DNA of 47,584 nucleotides from Bacteroidales bacterium (GCA_012511975.1 JAAZEZ010000069.1:1-47584); one strand, 5' to 3'. Shown: positions 17,841 through 28,517, counted from the first letter of the stretch. Notes: generated by a model from the sequence alone, not told the origin. Program-made: numbers and translations.

Positions 17841-18768
17841 TGTTGTCCTTAAGATTCTTGAGCGATGTAATGTGCCGCTCAATCTTTTCGGGATAGATAT
17901 CCTGAATATTCATCAGTATACCTGTTTCTTCCACTCCCCCGAACTCCCTATTTATAGAAGTGCCGAATACGCGCATACTCGGTGAAAGACTCATGTAAGA
18001 GTTTATCAGCGGAGGTATCAATTCACCCATATCCTTAAGACGCGCTACGAGTTGTTTATACGCCTCCTTATACTCCATCCCCTCAAAAAGAGATGCATAG
18101 TAGGGATTGGCTGCATCTGTGTCTAGCGGATCTATGGGAGTTACAAGAGAATCTTTATCAGGGAAAAAATGGTTGAGGAAATAGAGCAGGATGTTACGCG
18201 CCTTAACATTATAAGTGGAGTACATCGTCACTTTGCCGAAGAAATAGCGGTGAGTGTCATATTTTACAGTGAGTGCCCCAAGACCATCCCAAAGATTGTC
18301 CAGAGCAAAGATACCTTTGCGTTTGAGATTGAGACGATGATATAGTGGCTGCACAAAAGAGCGCCCCAGCTCCATGGTATATGGCAGAACATCCTTTAAA
18401 AAGCGTTTTGAAAAATTAAAAAGCTTACTTGTAGCCATCTTGACGGGGTCCAGGCCACCGGAACAATCGATATAGCGATAACCACCCACAATCTCCATCT
18501 GGTCCGGATCCCAAACTATCAGTTGTCTATAAGGATTGTCAGGATCGGTATCGTATTCGTCGATATCTATATCCTTTCCGGTACCGCCGCCGGAGCTGCG
18601 GAAAGAAATTTCACGCAGACGCCCTATTTCGCGCATTATATTGGGAGAATCCACTGCAGTTACATCATAGAGCATATTACCGCCCCTATTAGTATCCCTA
18701 ATGTATTTGTCCGGAGTAAGTTCGTTGATTATCAGTTTACGATCAACCGGTTGGATTATTGGCTTCAT
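17809..18768 (-). CDS. GNAT-family N-acyltransferase (OlsB/GlsB/hemolysin-like; aminolipid synthesis)
   Basis: MREIGRLREISFR..GGGTG..DIDEYD, IVGGYR, ELGRSFVQP and IPPLINSY motifs. Confidence 0.85.
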   Translation of the reverse strand: MKPIIQPVDRKLIINELTPDKYIRDTNRGGNMLYDVTAVDSPNIMREIGRLREISFRSSGGGTGKDIDIDEYDTDPDNPYRQLIVWDPDQMEIVGGYRYIDCSGGLDPVKMATSKLFNFSKRFLKDVLPYTMELGRSFVQPLYHRLNLKRKGIFALDNLWDGLGALTVKYDTHRYFFGKVTMYSTYNVKARNILLYFLNHFFPDKDSLVTPIDPLDTDAANPYYASLFEGMEYKEAYKQLVARLKDMGELIPPLINSYMSLSPSMRVFGTSINREFGGVEETGILMNIQDIYPEKIERHITSLKNLKDNIKGKYRWWRR

Positions 18769-19570
18769 AGGCTTTCTCTCTTATAATATCTGTCCATTCT
18801 CGCAGCGATTTTTCCGAAGTGATGCTCTCGATGGGTATCGAGTCACCAAACCAGATCTCAAAACTGCTGTTTTTCTGTTTGAATAATTCGTGGGGAAGGA
18901 AAAGCATCTCAATGTTGAATTTGATACCGAGAAATTTCCTGACCTTAGCCAGAGCGTAAAAGAAATTGGAATTGCGTCCCGAAAAATATATCGGCACGAT
19001 ATCTCTTTTGTGGGCGATGGCCTTTTTAAGAAAATTGGTCTGCCACTGGGGATCTGTTATTTTTCCTTTTATTTTCCTTGAACAGAGTCCTGCCGGGAAA
19101 TAGAGTATCTGAGATTCTGATGAGTATGTATCGTTGATTAGTTGTGCATATTCACGGCTCATCTTTCCCACTTTGTTTACCGGAATAAAAAGCGACTCAA
19201 AAGGCTTGACATGCATTAGAAAATCATTCACGACAAATTTGATGTCGGGAAAGATCTTGCCGATAAGGGCAATCAACACCGAACCGTCCAACCCACCCAG
19301 AGGGTGATTGGAAACAAAGATGTATCTGCCTGACGGATCAATCTTCTCCATTCCGTGAGGCGTGTAGGTGATACCCAGATGTGCAAGTGCGTGCGTAGCA
19401 AACTCAACTCCCTCATAATCTCCATAAAGAGCAAGAATCTCGTTGATCTCATCCTGATGAACAAGTTTCTTAATCCGGTTGATTACAAATCCCGGTAGTT
19501 TCTTCGCCAACGACGGACTTTTAGCAGCAATAACTTGCTTTACATCTATCTTAAGTGGTGTCTGACTCAT
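18743..19570 (-). CDS. PlsC-family O-acyltransferase (OlsA/GlsA-like)
   Basis: NHPLGGLDG (HxxxxD) and FPAGLCSR motifs; ATG at 19570 lies downstream of TATATTTG. Confidence 0.87.
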   Translation of the reverse strand: MSQTPLKIDVKQVIAAKSPSLAKKLPGFVINRIKKLVHQDEINEILALYGDYEGVEFATHALAHLGITYTPHGMEKIDPSGRYIFVSNHPLGGLDGSVLIALIGKIFPDIKFVVNDFLMHVKPFESLFIPVNKVGKMSREYAQLINDTYSSESQILYFPAGLCSRKIKGKITDPQWQTNFLKKAIAHKRDIVPIYFSGRNSNFFYALAKVRKFLGIKFNIEMLFLPHELFKQKNSSFEIWFGDSIPIESITSEKSLREWTDIIREKAYEANNPTG

Positions 19571-19620
19571 CGTTTCACTTTGATGTGCAAATATAGACAA
19601 AAATGAAAACACCGGCAATA

Positions 19621-19656
19621 AAACAAGAGGCGGCCTTCCGGCCGCCACTTGAAAAA
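19621..19656. terminator. Intrinsic terminator, likely bidirectional, closing the redox SusC/D operon
   Basis: CAAG-A-GGCGGCC-TTCC-GGCCGCC-A-CTTG with an A-rich left flank that gives the U tract on the minus strand. Confidence 0.75.
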
Positions 19657-19702
19657 AGAGAAATATTTTATCTACTGAAAAGTCTTGTTAATAATTTCTA
19701 CA

Positions 19703-20881
19703 TCAGTCCAGCAATTCTTGCAGTTTTGCCTCAATCTCTTCATGAGTCAGATTGCCAATTACCCTGCCATCCTTGTCAAGAAGGAAATAACTAGGAATAA
19801 AATGTACCGCGTAACTGCTGATGACTCTTGCCGAACTGTTTTCCACAGGAAATTCGTCAATCACATGTACCCATGGAGTCTGGTCCTCATCTATAGCCTT
19901 TACCCATTTATCATAACTTGTATCATTTGATACTCCTACAATCTCAAAACCTTTGTCGTGGTACTTTTCGTAAAGCTCTTTTAAAGCTGGCATACCGGCC
20001 CTGCAGGGGGAGCACCAGGAGGCCCAGAAATCAACCAGGACATATTGGCCCCTTAGTGAGGATAATGTCACATCATTGTCATCTCTGTCTTTCAATGTAA
20101 AATCGGGAGCAAGATCCCCCGGTTGTACTGCCCTCAATGCTTCAATCTCTTCCCTCAGATCTTTTGCAAGGTATGACTTACGCACTCGTTCAGAAAATTT
20201 AGCAAAAGCTTCTTCCTTCTCCTCAAGGGTTGTAGATGAAGAGGTATATATGTTATAGATTGCAATAGCAGCTTCAACATCAGGATTTGCTAAGCAATAG
20301 GCTAGAATGGCATCTTTTTGAGCATTAAAATATTTCTCCCTTAACTCTTTTCCATATTTCTGCTCGATTTCTGTTCTCATCCGAGTATAGCTATCGTAAT
20401 CTTTGAAGGATAGCTTGTCAGCCTCTTTTACTGCCTTAACATATTCTGCATATTGTTCCTCTGTGTCAATCGCCGAAAGCAATTCAACCATTCCCAGGGT
20501 AAAATCATTATTGGTGCCTCCAGAAACATTGGGGTCGGAAAAATATTTGCCATATTGTCCTTGATCAATGATGCCCTCCAGTTCGGGAGCAAACAGAATT
20601 ACCGCATTTTCTACATAAAACAGCCCTACGATAGGGGTCTCATTCTGCGGTATGACTGAAATCGAACCGCGTACTGGCTCTGCTACATTGCCATTGAACT
20701 CAAAAGCACCTGCAGACATCACAACCGTATCACTTACCTTTGTCTCATCAAGAGGATCGAGATAAGAGAGAACTGCAATTCCATCATATTCACCGCAATT
20801 GCCTTTGATTGTAAAGCCCGGCTGATTTGAGCAAGCAACAAGTGTTAGTGCTGTAATTGCACATATTATCGTTTGTTTCAT
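19703..20881 (-). CDS. TlpA/ResA-like thioredoxin lipoprotein with N-terminal DUF4369-like domain
   Basis: Lipobox LVAC; APDFTL, VLVDFWASWCSPCR and cis-Pro motif FIPSYFLLD. Confidence 0.9.
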   Translation of the reverse strand: MKQTIICAITALTLVACSNQPGFTIKGNCGEYDGIAVLSYLDPLDETKVSDTVVMSAGAFEFNGNVAEPVRGSISVIPQNETPIVGLFYVENAVILFAPELEGIIDQGQYGKYFSDPNVSGGTNNDFTLGMVELLSAIDTEEQYAEYVKAVKEADKLSFKDYDSYTRMRTEIEQKYGKELREKYFNAQKDAILAYCLANPDVEAAIAIYNIYTSSSTTLEEKEEAFAKFSERVRKSYLAKDLREEIEALRAVQPGDLAPDFTLKDRDDNDVTLSSLRGQYVLVDFWASWCSPCRAGMPALKELYEKYHDKGFEIVGVSNDTSYDKWVKAIDEDQTPWVHVIDEFPVENSSARVISSYAVHFIPSYFLLDKDGRVIGNLTHEEIEAKLQELLD

Positions 20882-20886
20882 ATCTG

Positions 20887-22851
20887 TTATTTTACTGTCA
20901 ATGTGAATTCTTTTGTTTCTGGAGCATAGCAGGTCTTATCATTACAACACTGGTATGTGAATTTAATTTTCACCTGGTCCCCATGCTCCAAACCTTCGAT
21001 TTTGTAAATATAGTCACCCTTGTCCCTATAAATGGTGGTTTTCGAACCGGGAAGGCCTATAAATGCGGGTGCAATAAAGTCAACCTGCTTTGCATTTTCA
21101 GGGAGGTATAGCTCTGCTTTTGTTTCTATAAAAGGATCTTCATCAGACACCTTTGCATAAATGTAATGACCTACATGAATGTATTGAGATATAAGCACGG
21201 CAATTGTGCCGTCACCGTGTTCAACCAGTTCAGCCTCTAAGCAAACAGGATTTGCAGGGTCAGTCTTTGGACCTCGGCGGTCGCTTTGTAGAGGATTATT
21301 TATTGCCGCTTTTTTCAATAGATACTCCCTCTCCTGTTCATCCAGTCGTACTTGATAGTCATTACCCGGGACATCCTCAAAAGTATTAATAAGAAAGAGC
21401 CATCCACCCGATTCGGTAAAGAAGAGTTTATCTTTGTATGTTTCATACCAATCTCTCCACTGGACCGGAGTAGCAAAACGACAAAGGGTATAACGTTCAA
21501 GAACTGTCTTTGCGATTTCGACATCCTCTCCATTCTCGAGCATAGAAATCGCCTTGTCCAAAATACGGATATCATTGTTTGCGATACCTATATAGCGTGC
21601 CTCCTCATCAATATCAAGGGTGTATTCCCCAGGCTTACAATAGAAATAGTCCCTATTACGGTCATAGTATCTTGCGTATTCTGTGGCATCGGTGCCAAAG
21701 AAGTGGTATAATTCAGGTACTCTTTGCTTTAGATAATCAGAGAATGTTATGAGTTTCTGCTCGGGAAAATTGAGATAAAGTTTTTCAGTTCCACTAAGTT
21801 CCTCACCTTTATCCTGTTTTTCCTGTGCGGCTTTCTTAAATTCGGCAACTTGTCTGTTAAATTCGGCATTGCTGGCATTATAATCCTCCCAAGCTTCACG
21901 AGTAACAAGATATTTATAACCTTTGAGGTCATCTTTTACTGCTACAGGATCAAATTTCCTTGCAATCGGATGCTGACCTGCAAACTGTGAAATATAGACT
22001 ATAGAATTGACAAAAAGCGCCTTTGCCTCATCTGTCATATAGTCCGGTGAAGCCGAAAACCCCCAATGAAAATAGTTTGCATGACGTCCAATGGCAATGG
22101 CATCAATACTCTTAGCACAGGTGCCGCTTGAAATGACCTCTGTTTCAGGAGAATCCAGATAGCCTCCAGGACGTGAAACCATACCAATCTTGTAACCGGG
22201 ATTGTTTGTATAATTAACTGTCTGCATTGTAAACATCAACGTGGAGTCAGGTAGGGTTACTCCGTCCATTTTTGCATAATCATATGCTAGCGAAGGAGTT
22301 GCTTCCATTTTGATATTCAATTTCACCTTTAAAGGACCTTTGAATATAGGATGGTCACCATTCCAGTTGTGAGCCTTGTCTTCAAGGCATAGACAATACC
22401 AGTCATTTTTAGTACCAACTCTGATACCAATAAGTTCGCCCATAGATGCAATCGTTAATACGGGACGGTTGAAATCAAGTGGCAGATACTGTGCTTTTTC
22501 ATACTTTAACAACTTTCCGTCCGGACTATATTCCAAAATCCGTGGACTAATTGGATTAGGGGTGTGATCAAATATGGTTACGTCATATAGATCTGACATA
22601 TCTACCGTATAATCTGCAGCATCAATTACCTTGTATTTCTTGAAGTTCTTTTTGAGAAACTTATCAAATGAAGTCATCCTGGTCTGAGTACTTTTTGCAA
22701 TTGTCACACTATCCGGTTTGTCATCCAAACCCATCAATTCAATATCTGGGCTTCCACCTACAAACAAGACGCTTACCGACTGCTTTTTCTGTGCATTTAA
22801 ACCCAGAAAACAGTTCAGCAGAATTATTATAAATAAAAGTCTGAGTTTCAT
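20887..22851 (-). CDS. Exported 654-aa protein with C-terminal DsbD N-terminal (nDsbD)-like domain
   Basis: Signal peptide; internal DWYCLCL; C-terminal GHYIYA...YQCCNDKTCY mirrors GWHMY...MTCDDTSC of the DsbD in the same locus. Confidence 0.7.
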   Translation of the reverse strand: MKLRLLFIIILLNCFLGLNAQKKQSVSVLFVGGSPDIELMGLDDKPDSVTIAKSTQTRMTSFDKFLKKNFKKYKVIDAADYTVDMSDLYDVTIFDHTPNPISPRILEYSPDGKLLKYEKAQYLPLDFNRPVLTIASMGELIGIRVGTKNDWYCLCLEDKAHNWNGDHPIFKGPLKVKLNIKMEATPSLAYDYAKMDGVTLPDSTLMFTMQTVNYTNNPGYKIGMVSRPGGYLDSPETEVISSGTCAKSIDAIAIGRHANYFHWGFSASPDYMTDEAKALFVNSIVYISQFAGQHPIARKFDPVAVKDDLKGYKYLVTREAWEDYNASNAEFNRQVAEFKKAAQEKQDKGEELSGTEKLYLNFPEQKLITFSDYLKQRVPELYHFFGTDATEYARYYDRNRDYFYCKPGEYTLDIDEEARYIGIANNDIRILDKAISMLENGEDVEIAKTVLERYTLCRFATPVQWRDWYETYKDKLFFTESGGWLFLINTFEDVPGNDYQVRLDEQEREYLLKKAAINNPLQSDRRGPKTDPANPVCLEAELVEHGDGTIAVLISQYIHVGHYIYAKVSDEDPFIETKAELYLPENAKQVDFIAPAFIGLPGSKTTIYRDKGDYIYKIEGLEHGDQVKIKFTYQCCNDKTCYAPETKEFTLTVK

Positions 22852-22857
22852 TATTCG

Positions 22858-24300
22858 TTATTTATAGTTTTGTTTTATGTTTGGATTGTTGTTGATCACA
22901 TTCAGGGGAAATGGGAATATCCACATTGGGGAGTCATGCCTCAAAGTGAATTTATGACCGGCAAGGTCTCTTGTAAAGTCCTCCTCCCATCCTGAAATCT
23001 GATTCCATCTTTTACGTTGAATAAAATTGTAGCAGGAGTAGTTGTTTTCTCCATGAGATGTCTGTTTCAATCTGAAGATTGCATCCTCCTTGCTTGTTAT
23101 TTTACCTACCAATGGCTCATACACAGAAGGATCAATACGATTTACTCGAATTTTGTCGATAATCTCCCTTGCTGCATTGATGTTCCCTTTGTGTATCTCT
23201 GCCTCAGCCAATATAAGATACATATGAGTTGTTTTCAGCCCCATATGATTCCATCCAGAGTCAAGGTCGTATGTGAATGCATAATCAAGTCCCAGGTAAG
23301 ACATACCCATTCCCATTCCCGGAAAGAAATCATACATCATTTTATCAGTGGACATTTTATCAAGAGATGCATGGCCAGGTTCGAATCTTGCCTCTGACTC
23401 AGGGGTTCTCGCATTGAAGAACTCGGGATTGTGAACGTAGAAAAGATCTTCCTCGCATTTCATCTGAGGACGAAGCACTGCAGGGTACTGGCCCCCGAGA
23501 AGATAACCCTGCACCATTATTATCATTTCATTGTAATTTGCAATGGCATCATTTATGGCAAGTACTGATCTCGCAGCTGCTACAGCTTCATCATACTTCT
23601 GCATTGACATAAGAACCCATGCCTTTACTGCATAAGCTGCAGGTTTGCTGATTCTCATTTTGTTGATTGAAACATCAGGAAGAGCATTCAACGCCAATGC
23701 GGCATCTACATCTGCAAGGATATTATCATATACTTGCTGGACTGTAGCCTGCTCAGAGGGGTGCGAAATATCCCAGTCGTGCATCATGTAGGGGATACCA
23801 CCATCAGACGCAGCTGTTACCGGGTTATATGCTTTTGCAAATTTATTTACTGCAAGGTAGTGGTTATAGGCACGTAAAACCAGAGCTTCTGCCTTGAGTT
23901 GCTTTTTGGTAGATTCTGAACCGGAAGCCTCGTCAACTTTGGATATAACTGGATTAGCCACCCTGCCGATAATTGAATAGAATTCACTATAGTCACTATC
24001 ATTCGAGGTGAGTTCAGCCATCTTGTCCTGATTTGACTCATCCCAAGTCCACATTATCACATCCCTTGTTTTATTTGGCATAGAGAGTTGAGTGGAGACA
24101 TTGCTAAAAGTATAGAGCATATCTCCGGCCATTTGGTTAAAGTCAGAACCACTTTGATAAAACTCTCTATTGAGAAGCAATTCCAGTTCGTCTGTAGTGG
24201 AAAGCAGATTCTTACCTTTCGGCTGAATATCCGTAAACTGGGCACAGGATGTGGCAAACAATATCACACCTGTCAGTAAAAAATGTAATATCTTTTTCAT
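22858..24300 (-). CDS. SusD/RagB family outer-membrane lipoprotein
   Basis: Lipobox ATSC...DIQPKG; KAEALVLRAY, YLILAEAE and a terminal FPFP...NPN..QN motif. Confidence 0.93.
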   Translation of the reverse strand: MKKILHFLLTGVILFATSCAQFTDIQPKGKNLLSTTDELELLLNREFYQSGSDFNQMAGDMLYTFSNVSTQLSMPNKTRDVIMWTWDESNQDKMAELTSNDSDYSEFYSIIGRVANPVISKVDEASGSESTKKQLKAEALVLRAYNHYLAVNKFAKAYNPVTAASDGGIPYMMHDWDISHPSEQATVQQVYDNILADVDAALALNALPDVSINKMRISKPAAYAVKAWVLMSMQKYDEAVAAARSVLAINDAIANYNEMIIMVQGYLLGGQYPAVLRPQMKCEEDLFYVHNPEFFNARTPESEARFEPGHASLDKMSTDKMMYDFFPGMGMGMSYLGLDYAFTYDLDSGWNHMGLKTTHMYLILAEAEIHKGNINAAREIIDKIRVNRIDPSVYEPLVGKITSKEDAIFRLKQTSHGENNYSCYNFIQRKRWNQISGWEEDFTRDLAGHKFTLRHDSPMWIFPFPLNVINNNPNIKQNYK

Positions 24301-24311
24301 GATAGTTTCGA

Positions 24312-27300
24312 TTAGAAGTTGATGTTAATACCGAAAATAAATGTAGATGGCAATCTTATGCCCATAGTCTCCGGATCAACTTTGACCTTGTTGCCCATCC
24401 AAAGAGCTCTGGGATTGTCAATCTGGAACTTCAGGGAGGCACGTTGGATGTTAACGGCATCAAGCCAAGATTCGGGAAAATCGTAACCCAGCACGATGTT
24501 CCTGATTTTCAGAAAAGCAGCACTATGGATTGCATTATTGCCATAACGGGGTTCGTTACCAAGTGAGTATGAAGCATATCGTCCGATACCGGGAGTATTT
24601 GTGGGATTGTCGGGGGTCCAGGCATTTACAAAATAACTAGCAACGGCACTATATGGTACTCCGAATGTTTCGACCTCAGGTAACGCACGCATTACATGGC
24701 CACCATAATATGCCATCAACACACTTAGACTGAAACCCTTCCAAGTCAAGCGATTATCGAAGCTGGCTACTACTATCGGCTCACTTTGTCCGGAGTATTC
24801 AAGAATATCTATGCTTTTCCCAGATACGCTGTGAGCTTTGTTGTCATCTTCTATATACCAAAGAGTCATACCCTTCTCACCTTCCTGATCGCTAATGCCC
24901 GCAAATCTGTATGACCATACCGCACTGGTTGGATAATCTACCCTGTACGGAGTACTCACCAACTGATATGCCATTGTAGAAGGATTTTCAATATCAGTCA
25001 CTTTATTTTTGTTAATTGCAAATGTTAGACTACTTGACCATCCAAAATCCTCCCTGCTACTCTCTCTAAACCAGTCAGCCGTCAATGACACTTCTACACC
25101 TCTGTTGACCATATCTGCCATATTCATAAACATTGAGCTGAATCCGGTAGAAGGGTCAAGGGTTTTGTATGAGAAGAGATCTTTGCCCACTTTATTGTAG
25201 AAATCTAACGATCCACTGAACCTGTTCTCAGCAAAGGAGTAATCAATACCGATATTGGTGGTACGTGTCTGCTCCCATTTCAAGTTGGGGTTAGCAGGAG
25301 ATTCGATTACACCGTAAGGAAGGTTGGTCAGCTCGTTAAAGCCTGAACTTCTTGCCGTCATATAACTTGTTGCCCCTTGATAGATGTTGCCAGTCACACC
25401 ATAGCTGATGCGAAGCTTGAGTACATTTATCCAGTTAACAGGGCTCATAAACTCCTCGTTATTGATGTTCCATGAGAAACCTGCTGACCACAACGGTTTA
25501 CCACGGAACTTCACATTAAGACCATATACATCCGCGTAATCTTTTCTAAAAGAACCAAATACATTGTATCTGTTATCATAAGTGTATGTGAAGTTGGCGT
25601 AACCCGATGCGTAGCGATGTTTCTGTTCAATGACGGGAGTCATGTTATTTTTGATATACGGAGTATATATGAACTGATTTGCAGGGTAACTGCCAAGATA
25701 TGTGGAGTAGTTCATCAATGCTAGAGTGGCGAAGTCAATTACCTGGGTAGATGCTGTCTGAAGCTGATCGTCATAACCGAGCATCAAACTACGTGTACCC
25801 TGGCTCAGGGTCTCCCTGAACTCGATACCCGCAAGTGCGGCAATGGTATGTTTACCGAATGTATTGGCATAATTAACCTGACCGCGGCCTGTCCAGTAAG
25901 CACCATCAGTATTGGTCGCCGATTTGAAACCTCCACTTCGTGGTGTAAGATAAGTAAGTGTACCATCAGGATTCTCCTGTGTATAGGCGTTACGCATCAA
26001 TCTAGCAGCATGGCTTTCCTGTGTTGCCAGCCAGTCCGATGTTGTATGGTTGCTCTCATACACAAACTGGGCTGTTGCTGTCAGACCATTAATTATCTTA
26101 AAAAGAAGATCACCGTGATAACGCATATACTGACGTTTTGTAGTCACGGTGTTGTTGTAATGCTCTGCAACGATGTCGGTGCCCAAAGGATAATAACCCT
26201 CCACTTCATTCTTATCCCAGTACTCATTTCCGTCATACCAGTAAAAGAATTTTTTATAGCTTCCATCCTCATTATACATTGTCTCGTATGCTGGTATCAT
26301 CCATGGATTAGTAAAGGATGCATTGTAATCATAACCTTGTGTCCTGCTCTTATCATAAATGCCGTTCACACTCAGGGTCGCTGTCAGCCATTTGGCAATG
26401 TCATAGCTGCCTTTGTAATTAATGTTGATCTGTTTGTAACCGGAGTTAATAACTCCTTGATTATCCTGTTTGTAATTGATTACAAAGTTGCTATTGAAGT
26501 TGTCAGCCCTGGAACGTATGGCAAGATTGTATTGTTGGAGAATCTTTCTCAAATATACAGCATCTGCATACTCCTGCGCAAAATTGTTCTGACTATATTT
26601 GCTGAGTAAGATATTGAGCTGTTCCTTGGAAATCTGTCCTATAGCATTTTTATAGTATGCATACTGGATTGGTGAAATAGCACCTGTGCCACTATTCAAT
26701 GATGATTCAAATGATCCTACAGGGTCAGCTACTTCACCATCGTTGTTGTTAAAGTAGTAATCATAATACTCTGATTCCGTTTTTACCTGTTGAGCGGCAT
26801 TCATATAGAAGTTATCTCCATAATCCATATTTGTTTTCTCGTAAAGAGTGATGTTTGAAGAAAAGTCAACATCGATTTTACCTTTATCCTTCGCACTTTT
26901 GGTATTAATAACGATGATACCATTGGATGCGCGCGCACCATAGATGGCGGCGGCTGCGGCATCCTTCAACACATTAATGCTCTCAATATCGTAAGGGTTG
27001 AGATCATCGAGTGAAGTCTCCACCGGTAGGCCATCAAGCACGATAAGCGGCTGTGTCTCCGAATATATTGAGCTCACGCCGCGAATTGTGAGTTTACCTC
27101 CGTACGTACTCAAACCTGCCACCTTACCTTCGAGACTATTTAGCAGATTGGGGTTATATCGCTCTTCAAGTGCTTTGGAACTTACGGTTGAAATAGATCC
27201 GGTCACCTTTTCTTTTTGAATGTTTTGATAACCGGTTACTACAATTTCATCTATGAAAAGGCGGCTGGAGGTCATTATAACATTCATAACGCTCCTACCG

Positions 27301-27878
27301 TTAGTAGGAATTACCACTGTTTCCATTCCAAGAAGCGTGAACTCAAGTTCAGCCTCATTTACATTTTTCACATCGATTGAATAGTTGCCGTTCTCATCGG
27401 AAATAGCATAAGCATTAGTCTTCTTGTCAACAACGGCAACACCAGCAAGCTTTTCACCATTAGTGTCATAAATGGACCCCTTGACTGTAACTTTTAGTTC
27501 CCTGGTTCCTGCCGATGGTTTTGGAGTTTGGTCTACAGAGGTTGTAGAGGAGGGTGCTAAAGCGATCTGTTTATCAAGGATGGTATAACTGATACCGTTT
27601 GGAATTAAGATTCTATCCAATACGGAGGTCAGCGTTTCATTAGTCACCTTGATGGTAATGATGTTTTTTGCTCCTATAAGCGCGTCATTGTAAACAAAGG
27701 TGTAATCCGTCTGTTTCTGAATTTCGTTTAATACGCTTTTCAAGGGCGCCTTTTCGAAATTCAATGTGATATTCTGAGCACCCGCGATTTGCGCTGATGC
27801 CATCAGTGCCACAGCCATGGCTAGAATCACCTTGACGGACCTGTTTTGGAAGAGTTTTTTTAAAAATCTCATAATCAA
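24312..27878 (-). CDS. SusC/RagA TonB-dependent transporter with N-terminal STN signalling domain
   Basis: STN (ITLNFEKAPLKSVLNEIQKQTDYTFVYN), carboxypeptidase-like domain, plug DIESINVLKDAAAAAIYGARASNGIIVI, NPNLKWE and C-terminal GININF. Confidence 0.96.
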   Translation of the reverse strand: MIMRFLKKLFQNRSVKVILAMAVALMASAQIAGAQNITLNFEKAPLKSVLNEIQKQTDYTFVYNDALIGAKNIITIKVTNETLTSVLDRILIPNGISYTILDKQIALAPSSTTSVDQTPKPSAGTRELKVTVKGSIYDTNGEKLAGVAVVDKKTNAYAISDENGNYSIDVKNVNEAELEFTLLGMETVVIPTNGRSVMNVIMTSSRLFIDEIVVTGYQNIQKEKVTGSISTVSSKALEERYNPNLLNSLEGKVAGLSTYGGKLTIRGVSSIYSETQPLIVLDGLPVETSLDDLNPYDIESINVLKDAAAAAIYGARASNGIIVINTKSAKDKGKIDVDFSSNITLYEKTNMDYGDNFYMNAAQQVKTESEYYDYYFNNNDGEVADPVGSFESSLNSGTGAISPIQYAYYKNAIGQISKEQLNILLSKYSQNNFAQEYADAVYLRKILQQYNLAIRSRADNFNSNFVINYKQDNQGVINSGYKQININYKGSYDIAKWLTATLSVNGIYDKSRTQGYDYNASFTNPWMIPAYETMYNEDGSYKKFFYWYDGNEYWDKNEVEGYYPLGTDIVAEHYNNTVTTKRQYMRYHGDLLFKIINGLTATAQFVYESNHTTSDWLATQESHAARLMRNAYTQENPDGTLTYLTPRSGGFKSATNTDGAYWTGRGQVNYANTFGKHTIAALAGIEFRETLSQGTRSLMLGYDDQLQTASTQVIDFATLALMNYSTYLGSYPANQFIYTPYIKNNMTPVIEQKHRYASGYANFTYTYDNRYNVFGSFRKDYADVYGLNVKFRGKPLWSAGFSWNINNEEFMSPVNWINVLKLRISYGVTGNIYQGATSYMTARSSGFNELTNLPYGVIESPANPNLKWEQTRTTNIGIDYSFAENRFSGSLDFYNKVGKDLFSYKTLDPSTGFSSMFMNMADMVNRGVEVSLTADWFRESSREDFGWSSSLTFAINKNKVTDIENPSTMAYQLVSTPYRVDYPTSAVWSYRFAGISDQEGEKGMTLWYIEDDNKAHSVSGKSIDILEYSGQSEPIVVASFDNRLTWKGFSLSVLMAYYGGHVMRALPEVETFGVPYSAVASYFVNAWTPDNPTNTPGIGRYASYSLGNEPRYGNNAIHSAAFLKIRNIVLGYDFPESWLDAVNIQRASLKFQIDNPRALWMGNKVKVDPETMGIRLPSTFIFGININF

Positions 27879-27895
27879 GATGTTAAGGTTAATTT

Positions 27896-28414
27896 TTATT
27901 TAATTAGTTGTTTAAGAGTCAGATAAAATTCAGGACTTTCACCAAGAGTGACGTTAACAATAGTTCCTTGGGGATCGATGATTATCTTTGTGGGATAACC
28001 CTTAACGAAATAAATCTGTGTGATATCCGGATTTTTTCCATTGACCACATTTATCCAAGGAAGCTCATTGTCAGCGACGGTTTTCCGCCATTTATCCGGT
28101 TGGTCTTTGCACGCTATGCCTACAAATTCAACATTCTTACCTTTGAGTTCTGCATAGGCCTCTTTCATTTCTGGAAAACCTTTAATGCACCATTTACACC
28201 AGCTACCCCAGAAATCGAGCACAACATATTTACCCTTTAGGGAAGAAAGTCTAAATTCATTTCCATGAACATCAGTCGCCGTAAAATCAGGTGCATCCTG
28301 GCCCACAGAAAGAGTTTCCCGCTTACCCTGAATGAGATTTGCTCGTGAAGCAACCTGTGCAAACATAGTTGTTACTGATACAACAATCAAAACAGTGAGA
28401 AGAAGTTTTTTCAT
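27896..28414 (-). CDS. Small exported TlpA-like thioredoxin
   Basis: Signal peptide MKKLLLTVLIVVSVTTMFAQ; VLDFWGSWCKWC and GYPTKIIID motifs. Confidence 0.9.
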   Translation of the reverse strand: MKKLLLTVLIVVSVTTMFAQVASRANLIQGKRETLSVGQDAPDFTATDVHGNEFRLSSLKGKYVVLDFWGSWCKWCIKGFPEMKEAYAELKGKNVEFVGIACKDQPDKWRKTVADNELPWINVVNGKNPDITQIYFVKGYPTKIIIDPQGTIVNVTLGESPEFYLTLKQLIK

Positions 28415-28465
28415 ACATTTAGATGGTTTCCTTAACATTATTACAATTTTCCACGCTTATTCACT

Positions 28466-28499
28466 AAAAAAAGAGAGAAAATCTCAATTTTCTCTCTTT
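28466..28499 (-). terminator. Intrinsic terminator between dsbD and tlpA-susC
   Basis: 13-bp stem AAAGAGAGAAAAT/ATTTTCTCTCTTT, 4-nt loop and a U tract on the minus strand. Confidence 0.75.
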
Positions 28500-28517
28500 C
28501 ACTCCAGTAACTTATCC

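Noticed and set aside
25848..26609. Long antisense ORFs (e.g. 253 aa opposite susC, 232 aa opposite miaB, 189 aa opposite dsbD)
   Set aside because: Shadow frames of well-supported genes with no protein-like motifs.
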